A stretch of 30,704 bases of DNA, from positions 1-30,704 of the forward strand of contig JBJFGS010000045.1 of NCBI GenBank assembly GCA_051892935.1. Reading direction: 5' to 3'. Of the stretch, positions 8,595 through 18,131 are shown piece by piece. Each line of letters starts with the position of its first letter. Positions within the stretch are counted from its first letter, which is position 1. This stretch comes from Candidatus Coprovivens sp. Its GTDB lineage: Bacteria > Bacillota_I > Bacilli_A > RF39 > UBA660. Under the pieces are notes generated by a model. It searched no databases, was not told the origin of the DNA, and worked only from the letters and a program-made list of their open reading frames with translations. The position numbers and the translations under genes were made by a program.

Positions 8595-10832
8595 GTGAAT
8601 TTTGTAAAACTAGAAGATACTGGAAAAAAAGTTTTTGCTAAATTTCCTAAAACAAGAAGATTTCTAAAAGGAATATATCAAAGAAGTATGGTTTTATTAT
8701 CAAATGAAAAAATAAAAAGTGAAGGAAATCTAATAAGAATTTCACCTGAAGATAATTACGAATACTTTTTTGGATATTATGATAAATCTCCATGGGATGC
8801 TACTGATAGATATATGATTGCATTACAGGTGAAAAATGCTTATAAAACTCCCGATTCGACAGAAGAAGCCAAAATAGTAGTATTCGATACTAAAAATAAT
8901 AATGAAATGGAAGTTATTGGTACTACTCATTGTTGGAATACTCAACAAGGATGTATGGCCCAATGGTTAGCTCCAAATTACAAGGATAAAATAATTTATA
9001 ATGATTTTAGAAATAATAAATATGTATCAGTTGTATACAATTTTAAAACAAAAGCTGAAGAAAAAACATATGACATGCCAATATATGACGTTTCAAAAGA
9101 TGGCAGTTTTGCATTAACTTTGGATTTTTCTAGGTTACATAGATTAAGAAAAGGCTATGGATACGCTAATTTAAAGGAGACAACTTCGAAAGAATTATGT
9201 CCAAATAAAACTTGCATTTGGAAAATAAATTTAAAAACTGGAAATATAAGTGATGTAATAAAATATACCGATTTAGCAGCTTTTGAAATCAGAGATAATA
9301 TGAAAGATGCTGAACATAAAGTCAATCACATTATGATAAGCCCAAATGGCAAAAGATTTATGGTATTACATAGATGGTTTAAAAACAATGAAAAATTTAC
9401 ACGCTTAGTAACCATGAATATAGATGGTACAGATATGTATAATTTGAGTGATGATGATTTCGTTTCACATTGTTGTTGGAAAAATGATAATGAAATACTT
9501 TCTTTTTTAAGAAAAAAAGAAACTGGAAATCATTATTATTTAATGAAAGATAAGACAAATGATTATAAATTATTATGGGATGAATTAAACACTGATGGGC
9601 ACTGTACATATTCACCAGATGGTAAATATGTTATAACTGATACATATCCAAACAGAAAGAGGTTAGCAAGTGTTTATTTGTGTGATGAAGCAAACAACAT
9701 TACACAAATTGCCAGAGTAAATTCTCCTTTTAAATATGATAATGACACAAGATGTGACCTTCATCCACGTTGGAATCAGAAAGGAAATAAAATATGCATA
9801 GATTCCGTTCATAATGGTAAGAAAGAACTATATAAAATAGATCTTAGCTTTCCTAAAAAAGATGAAAAATTAATTACTATTATTATTCCATGTTATAATT
9901 CAGTGGAGACGATAGAGAGAACATTAAAATCTATAGATAATCAAAAGTATAGAAATATTGAAGTTGTAATAGTTGATGATGGGTCGAAAGATAATTTAGA
10001 AGGCACTCTAAAAAGGATTAATATTTCAAAAAAAATAAAATATTTAAAAAAAGAAAATGGAGGAGTAAGTAGCGCGAGAAATTATGGAATTGAAAAAGCA
10101 CAAGGAGAATATTTGTTCTTTTTAGATTCTGATGATGTTTATAACTCTAATTTTATCGAAAAAGCAGTTAATCTAATTGAAGAAAAAGACGCTGACACTG
10201 TTATAACTTTTTGGGATAGAAATATAGATAATGTCGAAAAAAATAAAATTCAAATATTAGACAATGAAGTTATTTTAAACAGAAATGACGGGATGAAATT
10301 CTTCATGTATAATAAAGAAAACATCACATTTGGCGGATTACTGTATAAAAAAGATATTATAGAAAAAGAAAACTTAAAATTTGAATTAAATACGAAATAT
10401 GGTGAAGATTTAGAGTTCGCTTGGAAATATTTGTGCAAATGTAATAAAATCGTTTTGATTCCAGAGAAAATGTATGGATATTATAATAATCCAAAATCAG
10501 CTATTAATACTATCGTATGGGAAAAAACAGATTTAATAAAAGCTATGAATCGAGTTGTTGAATATATGGAACATAACAATGATATTTTTTTAGAAACATT
10601 TGAAAACTACATGTTGCCAAGAACATATTGGACAGTATTAAAAACCTTTGCAATAGGAGAAAAAAAAGCTTTTTTTAAAAAATTCATCAATGAATATCCT
10701 ACTAAAAAACAAATGAAAAAACTAGTTAAGTATTCTAAAAATAAATTATTAAAATATTCGTCTTTATTATACTTAATAAATGAAAACATATATTATCATG
10801 CAATAAGATTAGTCTATAAAATAAAAAGTTAG
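8595..10832 (+). CDS. Fusion: beta-propeller (TolB/oligogalacturonate-lyase-like) domain + GT2 glycosyltransferase
   Basis: N-part: FFGYYDKSPW, HIMISPNGKRF, HCTYSPDG, DTYP, RCDLHPRW. C-part: IIIPCYN, VVIVDDGSKD, NGGVSSARNYG, FLDSDD, GEDL. Probable start is GTG 8595, just after the upstream stop. Confidence 0.8.
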   Translation: MNFVKLEDTGKKVFAKFPKTRRFLKGIYQRSMVLLSNEKIKSEGNLIRISPEDNYEYFFGYYDKSPWDATDRYMIALQVKNAYKTPDSTEEAKIVVFDTKNNNEMEVIGTTHCWNTQQGCMAQWLAPNYKDKIIYNDFRNNKYVSVVYNFKTKAEEKTYDMPIYDVSKDGSFALTLDFSRLHRLRKGYGYANLKETTSKELCPNKTCIWKINLKTGNISDVIKYTDLAAFEIRDNMKDAEHKVNHIMISPNGKRFMVLHRWFKNNEKFTRLVTMNIDGTDMYNLSDDDFVSHCCWKNDNEILSFLRKKETGNHYYLMKDKTNDYKLLWDELNTDGHCTYSPDGKYVITDTYPNRKRLASVYLCDEANNITQIARVNSPFKYDNDTRCDLHPRWNQKGNKICIDSVHNGKKELYKIDLSFPKKDEKLITIIIPCYNSVETIERTLKSIDNQKYRNIEVVIVDDGSKDNLEGTLKRINISKKIKYLKKENGGVSSARNYGIEKAQGEYLFFLDSDDVYNSNFIEKAVNLIEEKDADTVITFWDRNIDNVEKNKIQILDNEVILNRNDGMKFFMYNKENITFGGLLYKKDIIEKENLKFELNTKYGEDLEFAWKYLCKCNKIVLIPEKMYGYYNNPKSAINTIVWEKTDLIKAMNRVVEYMEHNNDIFLETFENYMLPRTYWTVLKTFAIGEKKAFFKKFINEYPTKKQMKKLVKYSKNKLLKYSSLLYLINENIYYHAIRLVYKIKS

Positions 10833-10848
10833 TTGAGGAGGATGAATT

Positions 10849-12036
10849 GTGAAAGTATTAGTATTGACTCCATTTTATTATATAAAAGATAGAGAAGAAT
10901 TATTTCATGATACCAGTTGTGTCCATTATCTGTTGAAATATTGGCCAAAAGATACAGAAATATACGTTTTTAATGAATATCATGCTTGGGCTAAGCAGTG
11001 GCCAAGATACTTAAGTAAAGAAGAAAGAAAATATTTAAAAGAAGGATATTTTTTTCAAGAAGATGGTATAAAAGTAAATTTAATTGAAATACCTATTTTT
11101 CCGAAGCAGAAAAGATTATTATCATTTCAAAAAAACAAAATGAGCTCATTTGTTAATAATTATTTAAGGGAAAATAAAATTATACCAGATGTTGCAATTT
11201 TTCATCAACCATCATATTATAGTATTCAGTACATAGATAAATTAAATTTAAAATGTAAAAAAATAGCTATCTTACATTATAGTGATATTTTAGAAGATAA
11301 ACGAAATAGTAGTTTTTCCAAACAACTAAAAAAATTTAATTATATTTTTACAAGATCAAAAAATATAAAAGATTACTTTGTTTCAAAAAAAATAAACAAT
11401 ATTCAAGAAGATATCATATTTTCAGGTGCACCAACGCATAATCAATATATTAAAAGAAACTTTTCGACAAAAAAATTCAATATACTATATGTAGGGAAAC
11501 TAATTAAAAGAAAAAACGCTGACTTATTGCTTAAAGCAATAAAAAAAATAGATTTAAACAAAATTAATAAAGTTACAATAATAGGTGAAGGGCCTGAAGA
11601 AAAAAAATATAAAAAGTTGTGTAAAAAGTTAAAATTAGAAAATTATGTTGAATTTATACCTAAAGTTAAAAGAGAAAAAATTCTAGAATATATGGATAAT
11701 AGTGAAATATTTGTTATGCCAAGTGTAGGAGAAACTGTTGGACTAGTTTATCTTGAAGCTATGAGTAGAGGATGCTTAACAATAGCAACAAGAAAAGAAG
11801 GAATCGACGGAATAATAATAAATGAGAAAAATGGTTATTTAGTTGAACCTAATAGTATAGAAAGTATTGCTAAAACGATAAATGGAATATTTAGCTCTAA
11901 TGTTGCAAGATTAAAAAGTATATCGGACAATGCATTAAAAAGTTCAAAAAAATTTAGTGAAGAAAATGTTGGAATTAAATATTATGAATTAGTTAAAAAC
12001 ATTGTAAATGGAGAAAAAGATAATGAACAAGTATAA
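10849..12036 (+). CDS. GT4 (GT-B) glycosyltransferase
   Basis: YVGKLIKRKN, IIGEGPE, FVMPSVGETVGLVYLEAMSRG (E-x7-E). Confidence 0.88.
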   Translation: MKVLVLTPFYYIKDREELFHDTSCVHYLLKYWPKDTEIYVFNEYHAWAKQWPRYLSKEERKYLKEGYFFQEDGIKVNLIEIPIFPKQKRLLSFQKNKMSSFVNNYLRENKIIPDVAIFHQPSYYSIQYIDKLNLKCKKIAILHYSDILEDKRNSSFSKQLKKFNYIFTRSKNIKDYFVSKKINNIQEDIIFSGAPTHNQYIKRNFSTKKFNILYVGKLIKRKNADLLLKAIKKIDLNKINKVTIIGEGPEEKKYKKLCKKLKLENYVEFIPKVKREKILEYMDNSEIFVMPSVGETVGLVYLEAMSRGCLTIATRKEGIDGIIINEKNGYLVEPNSIESIAKTINGIFSSNVARLKSISDNALKSSKKFSEENVGIKYYELVKNIVNGEKDNEQV

Positions 12037-13201
12037 AATTCCAACAACAAAATTTTTTATAATATTTACTTTTTTGGTATTACTTATGCCAGAGCCATTA
12101 AAAAAGATACCATTACTATATAATTTATATGCATTATTTAATCTAGTTTTTTTTATAATATATATGGCAATTTTTCTTTTAAAGAAAAGAAAAAAAAATA
12201 TTGAACGATTTGAGCTTGTAATGATTCTATATTTTATTTATTTTCTATTATTGTCAATTTTAAAAAATAATTCATCTATGTATAATTATTTAATAATAAT
12301 TAATCAACTTACACTATGCTTGGTTGTATTTGTTAGTGGCGAAAATAAAATAAAAGAAGTAATTCAAGCAATTGTATATATAACAACAATTTATATAATA
12401 ATTAATGCAATAACCTTATATTTATTTCCTATGGGTATTTTTTCATCATATACTAGTTATGGTAATGAAGTCTATAGTTGGTTATTAGGTTCGAAAAACC
12501 CATGTTCCAGATATATAGTAATATCACTTTGCATACGATTTTGTTACAAAAACTATTACTATAATAATAAGTATTCTTTTTTTGATTTTATTATTTCTTT
12601 GATTAGTATTATTAGTATTATTAAATTAAAGTCTACAACTGGATTAATATCTATTGGATTTATGATTATTTTAATTATATTTACTCAAAAAATAAAAATC
12701 CCCCAAAAAATAAATTATTTTACTATTTTTTTATTAGGCGGATTATTGTCATATTTACTAATTGAATTTAATATTCAAAATTTATTTAAATATATTATAG
12801 AAAATGTTTTTCAAAAAAATGTCACATTATCAGATAGAATTTATATTTGGAAACAAACAAAATATTATATATCTCAAAATCTAATTTTTGGCTATGGATA
12901 TGAAACAGATAAAATAATGTCATACAAGTTATTGGGTAATCATCCACATAATTATTATTTATTTATACTTTATAGTACTGGTGTCATAGGGCTATGTCTG
13001 ATAACAATACTTTTTAGAGAAATGTCGAAAAAATGTAAAAGTACATTTCAAACAAAAGTAGGCTTAATATTATTTTTTTCATTAATTATTATGGGCCTAA
13101 CAGAATCTTTGACCTCTACTCCTCTTATGTATTTATCTTTTGCAATAATTTATTATTTAAATAAAAACGTTAAAGAAAAAGAAGGTCACAACTGTGAATA
13201 G
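12023..13201 (+). CDS. wzy: Polysaccharide polymerase Wzy (O-antigen ligase/polymerase family)
   Basis: About 10 TM segments, TLSDRIYIW, FGYG, HPHNYY; lies between the GTs and the flippase. Confidence 0.75.
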   Translation: MNKYKIPTTKFFIIFTFLVLLMPEPLKKIPLLYNLYALFNLVFFIIYMAIFLLKKRKKNIERFELVMILYFIYFLLLSILKNNSSMYNYLIIINQLTLCLVVFVSGENKIKEVIQAIVYITTIYIIINAITLYLFPMGIFSSYTSYGNEVYSWLLGSKNPCSRYIVISLCIRFCYKNYYYNNKYSFFDFIISLISIISIIKLKSTTGLISIGFMIILIIFTQKIKIPQKINYFTIFLLGGLLSYLLIEFNIQNLFKYIIENVFQKNVTLSDRIYIWKQTKYYISQNLIFGYGYETDKIMSYKLLGNHPHNYYLFILYSTGVIGLCLITILFREMSKKCKSTFQTKVGLILFFSLIIMGLTESLTSTPLMYLSFAIIYYLNKNVKEKEGHNCE

Positions 13202-14642
13202 TAATTCGCCTAAAAAAAACTTTTTATATAATATAATATATCAAGTACTAATATTAATAATACCATTAATAACAGCACCATATCTATCTAGAGTAGTAGG
13301 GGCAGAAGGAGTAGGAACATTCTCATATACATATTCAATAGCTCAATATTTTATGCTATTTTGCTTATTAGGAATTAATAACTATGGTAATAGAACAATA
13401 GCTAAAGTAAGAGATAATAAAAAAGAATTATCGAAAAAATTCTGGAGCATATACTTTTTTCAATTATTAATAGGAACAATAGTAACAGCCATATACTTAA
13501 TATATGTATTATTATTCGTTAATAATTATAAAATAATTGCTTTAATTCAAGTATTGTACGTTATATCAGCTACTGTTGATATTAACTGGTTCTATTTTGG
13601 ATTAGAAGAATTTAAAATGACAATTACAAGAAATACTATTTTAAAGCTTGGGTCAGTAATTTTGATTTTTTTATTAGTTAAACAAAAGGATGAATTATGG
13701 ATATATACATTAATAATGGCTGGAATGACTTTGCTAAGTCAGTTGGTTCTTTGGGGATTTATAAAAAACAAAGTTTCATATACAAAAATAGCAATAAAAG
13801 ATGTCTTAAGTCATATAAAGCCAAATTTATTATTATTTATACCGGTGATAGCTGTAAGCTTATATAAAATGATGGACAAAGTAATGCTCGGAATTATTTC
13901 TGGAGTAACAGAAGTTGGCTTTTACGAACAAGGTGAGAAAATTACTAATATTCCTCTAACTCTAATTACAGCATTAGGTACCGTAATGCTACCTAGAATT
14001 TCCAATATCATTGCAAAAGGTGAAAATGAAAAAGTAAATCAATACATATCAAAGTCAATATCTTTTGTAATGTTTATGTCTGTACCTATGTGTTTTGGTT
14101 TGCTAACAATAGGTTATAATTTTGCACCATTATATTTAGGCAACGAATTTCAAAAATCAGGAATAGTAATATCCCTCCTTAGTTCAACACTACCATTTAT
14201 TTCATTTGCTAATGTAATAAGAACCCAATATTTAATACCAAAAGAAAAAGACAAAATTTATATCAGATCAGTTATTATAGGTGCAATTACTAATCTAATA
14301 CTAAATTTACTATTTATTCCGTATTTAGGAAGTATAGGTGCATGCATAGGAACCATAGCTGCGGAAGCCATTGTCATGTTATATCAAAGCTTTATGGTTA
14401 GAAAAGAAATAAGCATAAAGGATTATTTAAAATTATCTTTGCCATTCATATTAAAAGCAATTATAATGTTTATGCTGATATATCCATTTAATTTAATAAA
14501 AATGAATTCAATAATCAGAATAATGCTTCAAGTAGTACTAGGAGTAGTAATATATGCAATATTAAATATTAAATATATAAATAGCATTTTTGACTATAAA
14601 AAATTATTATCAAAAATCTTAAAAAGGAAATGCAATAGTTAA
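13194..14642 (+). CDS. wzx: Polysaccharide flippase Wzx
   Basis: KKNFLYNIIYQ...PLITAPYLSRV.G..GVG, DINWFYFGLEEFK, DKVMLG, VMLPRIS. Confidence 0.92.
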   Translation: MNSNSPKKNFLYNIIYQVLILIIPLITAPYLSRVVGAEGVGTFSYTYSIAQYFMLFCLLGINNYGNRTIAKVRDNKKELSKKFWSIYFFQLLIGTIVTAIYLIYVLLFVNNYKIIALIQVLYVISATVDINWFYFGLEEFKMTITRNTILKLGSVILIFLLVKQKDELWIYTLIMAGMTLLSQLVLWGFIKNKVSYTKIAIKDVLSHIKPNLLLFIPVIAVSLYKMMDKVMLGIISGVTEVGFYEQGEKITNIPLTLITALGTVMLPRISNIIAKGENEKVNQYISKSISFVMFMSVPMCFGLLTIGYNFAPLYLGNEFQKSGIVISLLSSTLPFISFANVIRTQYLIPKEKDKIYIRSVIIGAITNLILNLLFIPYLGSIGACIGTIAAEAIVMLYQSFMVRKEISIKDYLKLSLPFILKAIIMFMLIYPFNLIKMNSIIRIMLQVVLGVVIYAILNIKYINSIFDYKKLLSKILKRKCNS

Positions 14643-14727
14643 TATTATATTTTTATTTGTTATCAAATTATAATAAAATGTTATAATAAAAAGGAACAAC
14701 AAATAATCATCGAAAGGAAGTAATAAA

Positions 14728-15894
14728 ATGAAAATAGCAGTAGCAGGTACAGGATATGTAGGATTATCATTAGCAACACTACTATCACAAAATAATGAAG
14801 TAGTAGCTTTAGATGTAATACCTGAAAAAGTAGAAATGATAAATAATAGAATATCTCCTATAAGAGATGAATATATAGAAGACTACTTTAAAAATAAAAA
14901 ACTTAATCTAAGGGCAACTTTAGATTATAAAGATGCATTTACTAATGCTAAATTTATAATAATAAGTACACCTACAAACTACGATGAAGAACAAGGATAC
15001 TTTGATACATCTAGTGTAGAAGATATAATAAAAAAAGTAATTGATATGAAAATCGATACTACTATGATAGTTAAATCAACTATACCAGTAGGCTTTATAA
15101 AAAACATGAAGAAAAAATATAATATAGACAATATATTATTTTCTCCAGAATTCTTAAGAGAAGGAAAAGCTTTATATGATAATCTATATCCATCTCGAAT
15201 TATAGTAGGAGAAAAATCAAAAAGAGCAAAAGAATTTGCAGAACTACTAAAAAAAGGATGTCTAAAAAAAGATGTTGAAGTAAGATTTATGGATTCAACA
15301 GAAGCTGAAGCAGTAAAACTATTTGCTAATACATTCTTAGCATTAAGAGTATCATACTTTAATGAATTAGATACATACGCTGAAGTAAATGGATTAAATA
15401 CTCAAGATATAATTGAAGGAGTATGCTTAGATCCAAGAATAGGATCTCATTATAATAATCCATCATTTGGTTATGGAGGATATTGTTTACCTAAAGATAC
15501 AAAACAACTATTAGCAAACTACAAAGATATACCTCAAAACCTAATTGAAGCAATAGTAAAATCAAATGATACTAGAAAAGATCATATAGCAAATACTATC
15601 TTATCTAAGAATCCTAAAGTAGTAGGAGTATATAGATTAACTATGAAAACAGATTCAGATAATTTTAGAGCAAGTGCTATTCAAGGTGTTATAAAAAGAA
15701 TAACATCAAAAGATGTTGAAGTAATAATATATGAACCAACTATAAAAGGAGATTCTTTTGAAAATCTAAAAGTAGAAAATAATTTAGATACATTTAAGAA
15801 AGTATCAGACGTTATAATAGCAAATAGATTTAATGAAGAATTAGAAGATGTTAAAGATAAAGTATATACAAGAGATGTATTTAGTAGAGATTAA
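14728..15894 (+). CDS. ugd: UDP-glucose 6-dehydrogenase
   Basis: [38 protein letters not shown]. Confidence 0.95.
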   Translation: MKIAVAGTGYVGLSLATLLSQNNEVVALDVIPEKVEMINNRISPIRDEYIEDYFKNKKLNLRATLDYKDAFTNAKFIIISTPTNYDEEQGYFDTSSVEDIIKKVIDMKIDTTMIVKSTIPVGFIKNMKKKYNIDNILFSPEFLREGKALYDNLYPSRIIVGEKSKRAKEFAELLKKGCLKKDVEVRFMDSTEAEAVKLFANTFLALRVSYFNELDTYAEVNGLNTQDIIEGVCLDPRIGSHYNNPSFGYGGYCLPKDTKQLLANYKDIPQNLIEAIVKSNDTRKDHIANTILSKNPKVVGVYRLTMKTDSDNFRASAIQGVIKRITSKDVEVIIYEPTIKGDSFENLKVENNLDTFKKVSDVIIANRFNEELEDVKDKVYTRDVFSRD

Positions 15895-15909
15895 TAATAT
15901 AAAAGTATT

Positions 15910-15945
15910 AGAACATACTGTTCAACACAAGTATGTTCTTTCTTT
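15910..15945 (+). terminator. Probable terminator ending the capsule operon
   Basis: AGAACATACT...AGTATGTTCT followed by TTCTTT. Confidence 0.6.
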
Positions 15946-16123
15946 ATTTAAAAAAGTAATATTAAAAATAATAAAAATACTTATAAAAAAAGAAATCAAC
16001 ACATATACCTAGTAAATATAAGGTAGAAGGAGGTATTTAATATTGATTAAAACATAAATAATGATATTATATAAATCACTTCTATTTATATATATGATAT
16101 AATATTAATACAATATAGGAGGT

Positions 16124-16606
16124 ATGAATATGAACGAAATAGAACGAAGCATTATAAAAAATTCAGAATATATTATTAAATATTTTGAAGATAATAATCG
16201 CGAAGTAACAAATTTAATGCTAGAAAAACTATTATACTTTCTTGAAGCAATCTACATGTCAATAACAGATGACAATAAACTATATAACGAAGATTTTTAT
16301 GCGTGGAATTTCGGCCCAGTTAACGATATTATTTATAAAAAATACAAAACATTTGGTAAATATCCAATAAAAATAAATACCAAGAGTATTATTATTAATC
16401 AGAATAATAAAATCTACATAGAATTTCTTTATAATTTATTTAAAGACTATACACCATTTGATTTAGTAACATTATCTCACTCTGAAGGTTCTCCTTGGCA
16501 AGAAATAAATTCAAAATATGATGGAGATATTGAAAAAAATATTATTATTGAAAAATCAGAAACAAAAAAATGGTTTAAAGGAATAATAGATAATAGTGTC
16601 AAATAA
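16124..16606 (+). CDS. Panacea / SocA-like (DUF4065) antitoxin
   Basis: TNLMLEKLLYF (T.L.LQKLLY), FYAWNFGPV, L..LSH..GSPW motifs; GGAGGT RBS. Confidence 0.85.
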   Translation: MNMNEIERSIIKNSEYIIKYFEDNNREVTNLMLEKLLYFLEAIYMSITDDNKLYNEDFYAWNFGPVNDIIYKKYKTFGKYPIKINTKSIIINQNNKIYIEFLYNLFKDYTPFDLVTLSHSEGSPWQEINSKYDGDIEKNIIIEKSETKKWFKGIIDNSVK

Positions 16607-17366
16607 AGACAATAATAATCAAAAAATAGATTTAAAAGAAGTCCAAGACATATTTGAAAAATACAACAAAATAGTATCTGCTTTAGAAGTAATAAATAAA
16701 TCAAATAAACAAAGTATAGTAAAAGATTATGAATTCAAATTAAACAGATTATTAAAAAAAGAAAGAAGAACATTAGCAGATTTAAGAAAAAACATTACAG
16801 AAAATAAATTGTTAAGAATAGAAAAAGATATTCAAGAATATCTAAATGATATCAATCTATTAGAATCATCTTTAACTGGTTCAAAAGAAAAAGAATTAAA
16901 TGATTTATTATTAGAAGTAAATCAACTATATAGAGAAATACAATCTAAGTATATTACATTAAAATTTGATAACGTAAATCAAAAATTAGACAATAAAATA
17001 ACAGAAACTGAAAATTCAACAAGTACAATAATGTTTAATGTAATTAGTATATTTTTGGGTATTTCAATTACAAGTGCAATGATTACAGGATTTAATAATA
17101 TAGATCCTATTTTTACAATATTCTATTTCATGTCATGTGCATGGATTGCCTTAACTATACTTACTATAAGTTCCATATATTTAAAAAGATTAGATAAAAA
17201 GACATATATAATATTAGGACTATATATTATGTATTCAATAATATGGATTAATATAGGGTTACTAAGTTATAATTTATATGACGAAAAAATAAAAAATGAA
17301 AGTATTAATACAAAAGAAAACTATCTAATAGAAGACCATAATCAAGAAGTAGAAGAAACTAATTAG
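16596..17366 (+). CDS. Hypothetical coiled-coil protein with about 3 C-terminal TM helices; putative cognate toxin of the Panacea antitoxin
   Basis: Start overlaps the antitoxin end by 11 nt; Leu/Lys/Glu heptad-rich N-part, hydrophobic C-part. Confidence 0.6.
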   Translation: MSNKDNNNQKIDLKEVQDIFEKYNKIVSALEVINKSNKQSIVKDYEFKLNRLLKKERRTLADLRKNITENKLLRIEKDIQEYLNDINLLESSLTGSKEKELNDLLLEVNQLYREIQSKYITLKFDNVNQKLDNKITETENSTSTIMFNVISIFLGISITSAMITGFNNIDPIFTIFYFMSCAWIALTILTISSIYLKRLDKKTYIILGLYIMYSIIWINIGLLSYNLYDEKIKNESINTKENYLIEDHNQEVEETN

Positions 17367-17378
17367 TTTCTTTTTTTT
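17354..17378 (+). terminator. Terminator-like palindrome
   Basis: AAGAAACTAATTAGTTTCTT perfect palindrome followed by a T run. Confidence 0.6.
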
Positions 17379-17465
17379 ATAAATTAATAAATACTAAGTA
17401 TATAGTATCAAATAATATAAATATACTGAGTAGATAAATGTAGTATACAAAAAATACGAGCAAAA

Positions 17466-17519
17466 AGTAACATAAGTTACTCTTTATTTAACTACGTATA
17501 GTAACATACGTTACTATAC
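17466..17519. promoter_or_regulatory. Pair of palindromic operators (core GTAACATAnGTTAC)
   Basis: AGTAACATAAGTTACT (17466-17481) and GTATAGTAAC-ATAC-GTTACTATAC (17496-17519) lie just upstream of the decayed antitoxin gene. Confidence 0.6.
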
Positions 17520-17558
17520 TAATATAGTTATTTAATTAGTAAGGATGGTAACTAATAT

Positions 17559-17845
17559 ATGAATAAATATAAATGTGGTATATGTGATTCTAAAAAAATA
17601 TACATTAAAGAATATTTACATAAATAGATGATATATAATTTTACTCTAAAAGAAGGGTTTGTTCCAAATGTAATAACTTAGTATATGATGAAGAACTTGA
17701 TATAATAAATAAAGTAATAAAATTTTTTGAAAAATATAATACAAAAAATATAGTAGATTATTCTCAAAAAGAAAAAGCCTTTACAGAAACTAATTTATAT
17801 GAAAAGATTAGTTATAAATATTCATTTGATATAGAAGACATTTAA
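17559..17845 (+). pseudogene. Decayed MqsA-like Zn-finger / DUF4065 antitoxin (frameshift, nonsense codon, large internal deletion)
   Basis: AAGGATGG RBS; MNKYKCGICDSKKIYIKEYLHK*, then in another frame IDDI*FYSKRRVCSKCNNLVYDEELDIINKVIKFF...DYSQKEKAFTET...ISYKYSFDIEDI*. Confidence 0.7.
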
Positions 17846-17972
17846 TCATATATATTAAATAGTTTGCCTGATATTTAAAAGACAATTTAAACGATAGGGT
17901 GTATTTCTAGAGGCAAAATAGAAATATGCATGACTGCGGAGACACTTACGAAAGTAAGATGTCTCTTTTTTT
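17835..17972 (+). ncRNA. Candidate structured small RNA + terminator, copy 1 of a 138-bp direct repeat
   Basis: Stem GTGTATTTCTA/TAGAAATATGC whose loop (AGGCAAA) is complementary to upstream TTTGCCT; terminal GAGACA-CTTAC-GAAA-GTAAG-A-TGTCTC hairpin + T7. Confidence 0.6.
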
Positions 17973-18026
17973 GCTTTTAAAAGTAAAAAAATAATTTATC
18001 TATAATAATAAAAATAGATAAAATAA

Positions 18027-18056
18027 TTGACATATATTAACCAATAAGTTAATATA
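18027..18056 (+). promoter_or_regulatory. Sigma-A promoter with overlapping palindromic operator for the higBA-like operon
   Basis: TTGACA-17nt-TAATAT; inverted repeat TATATTAAC-6nt-GTTAATATA covers the spacer and -10. Confidence 0.65.
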
Positions 18057-18131
18057 AACTATATAAATGAGATTATTTAACGATAAGAATAAAAAGAGGA
18101 ATAATAAATAGAAAGGATTAAGTAAAGAATT

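Noticed and set aside
18067-18111. 14-codon ORF upstream of the HigB-like gene
   Set aside because: No RBS; expected by chance in AT-rich DNA
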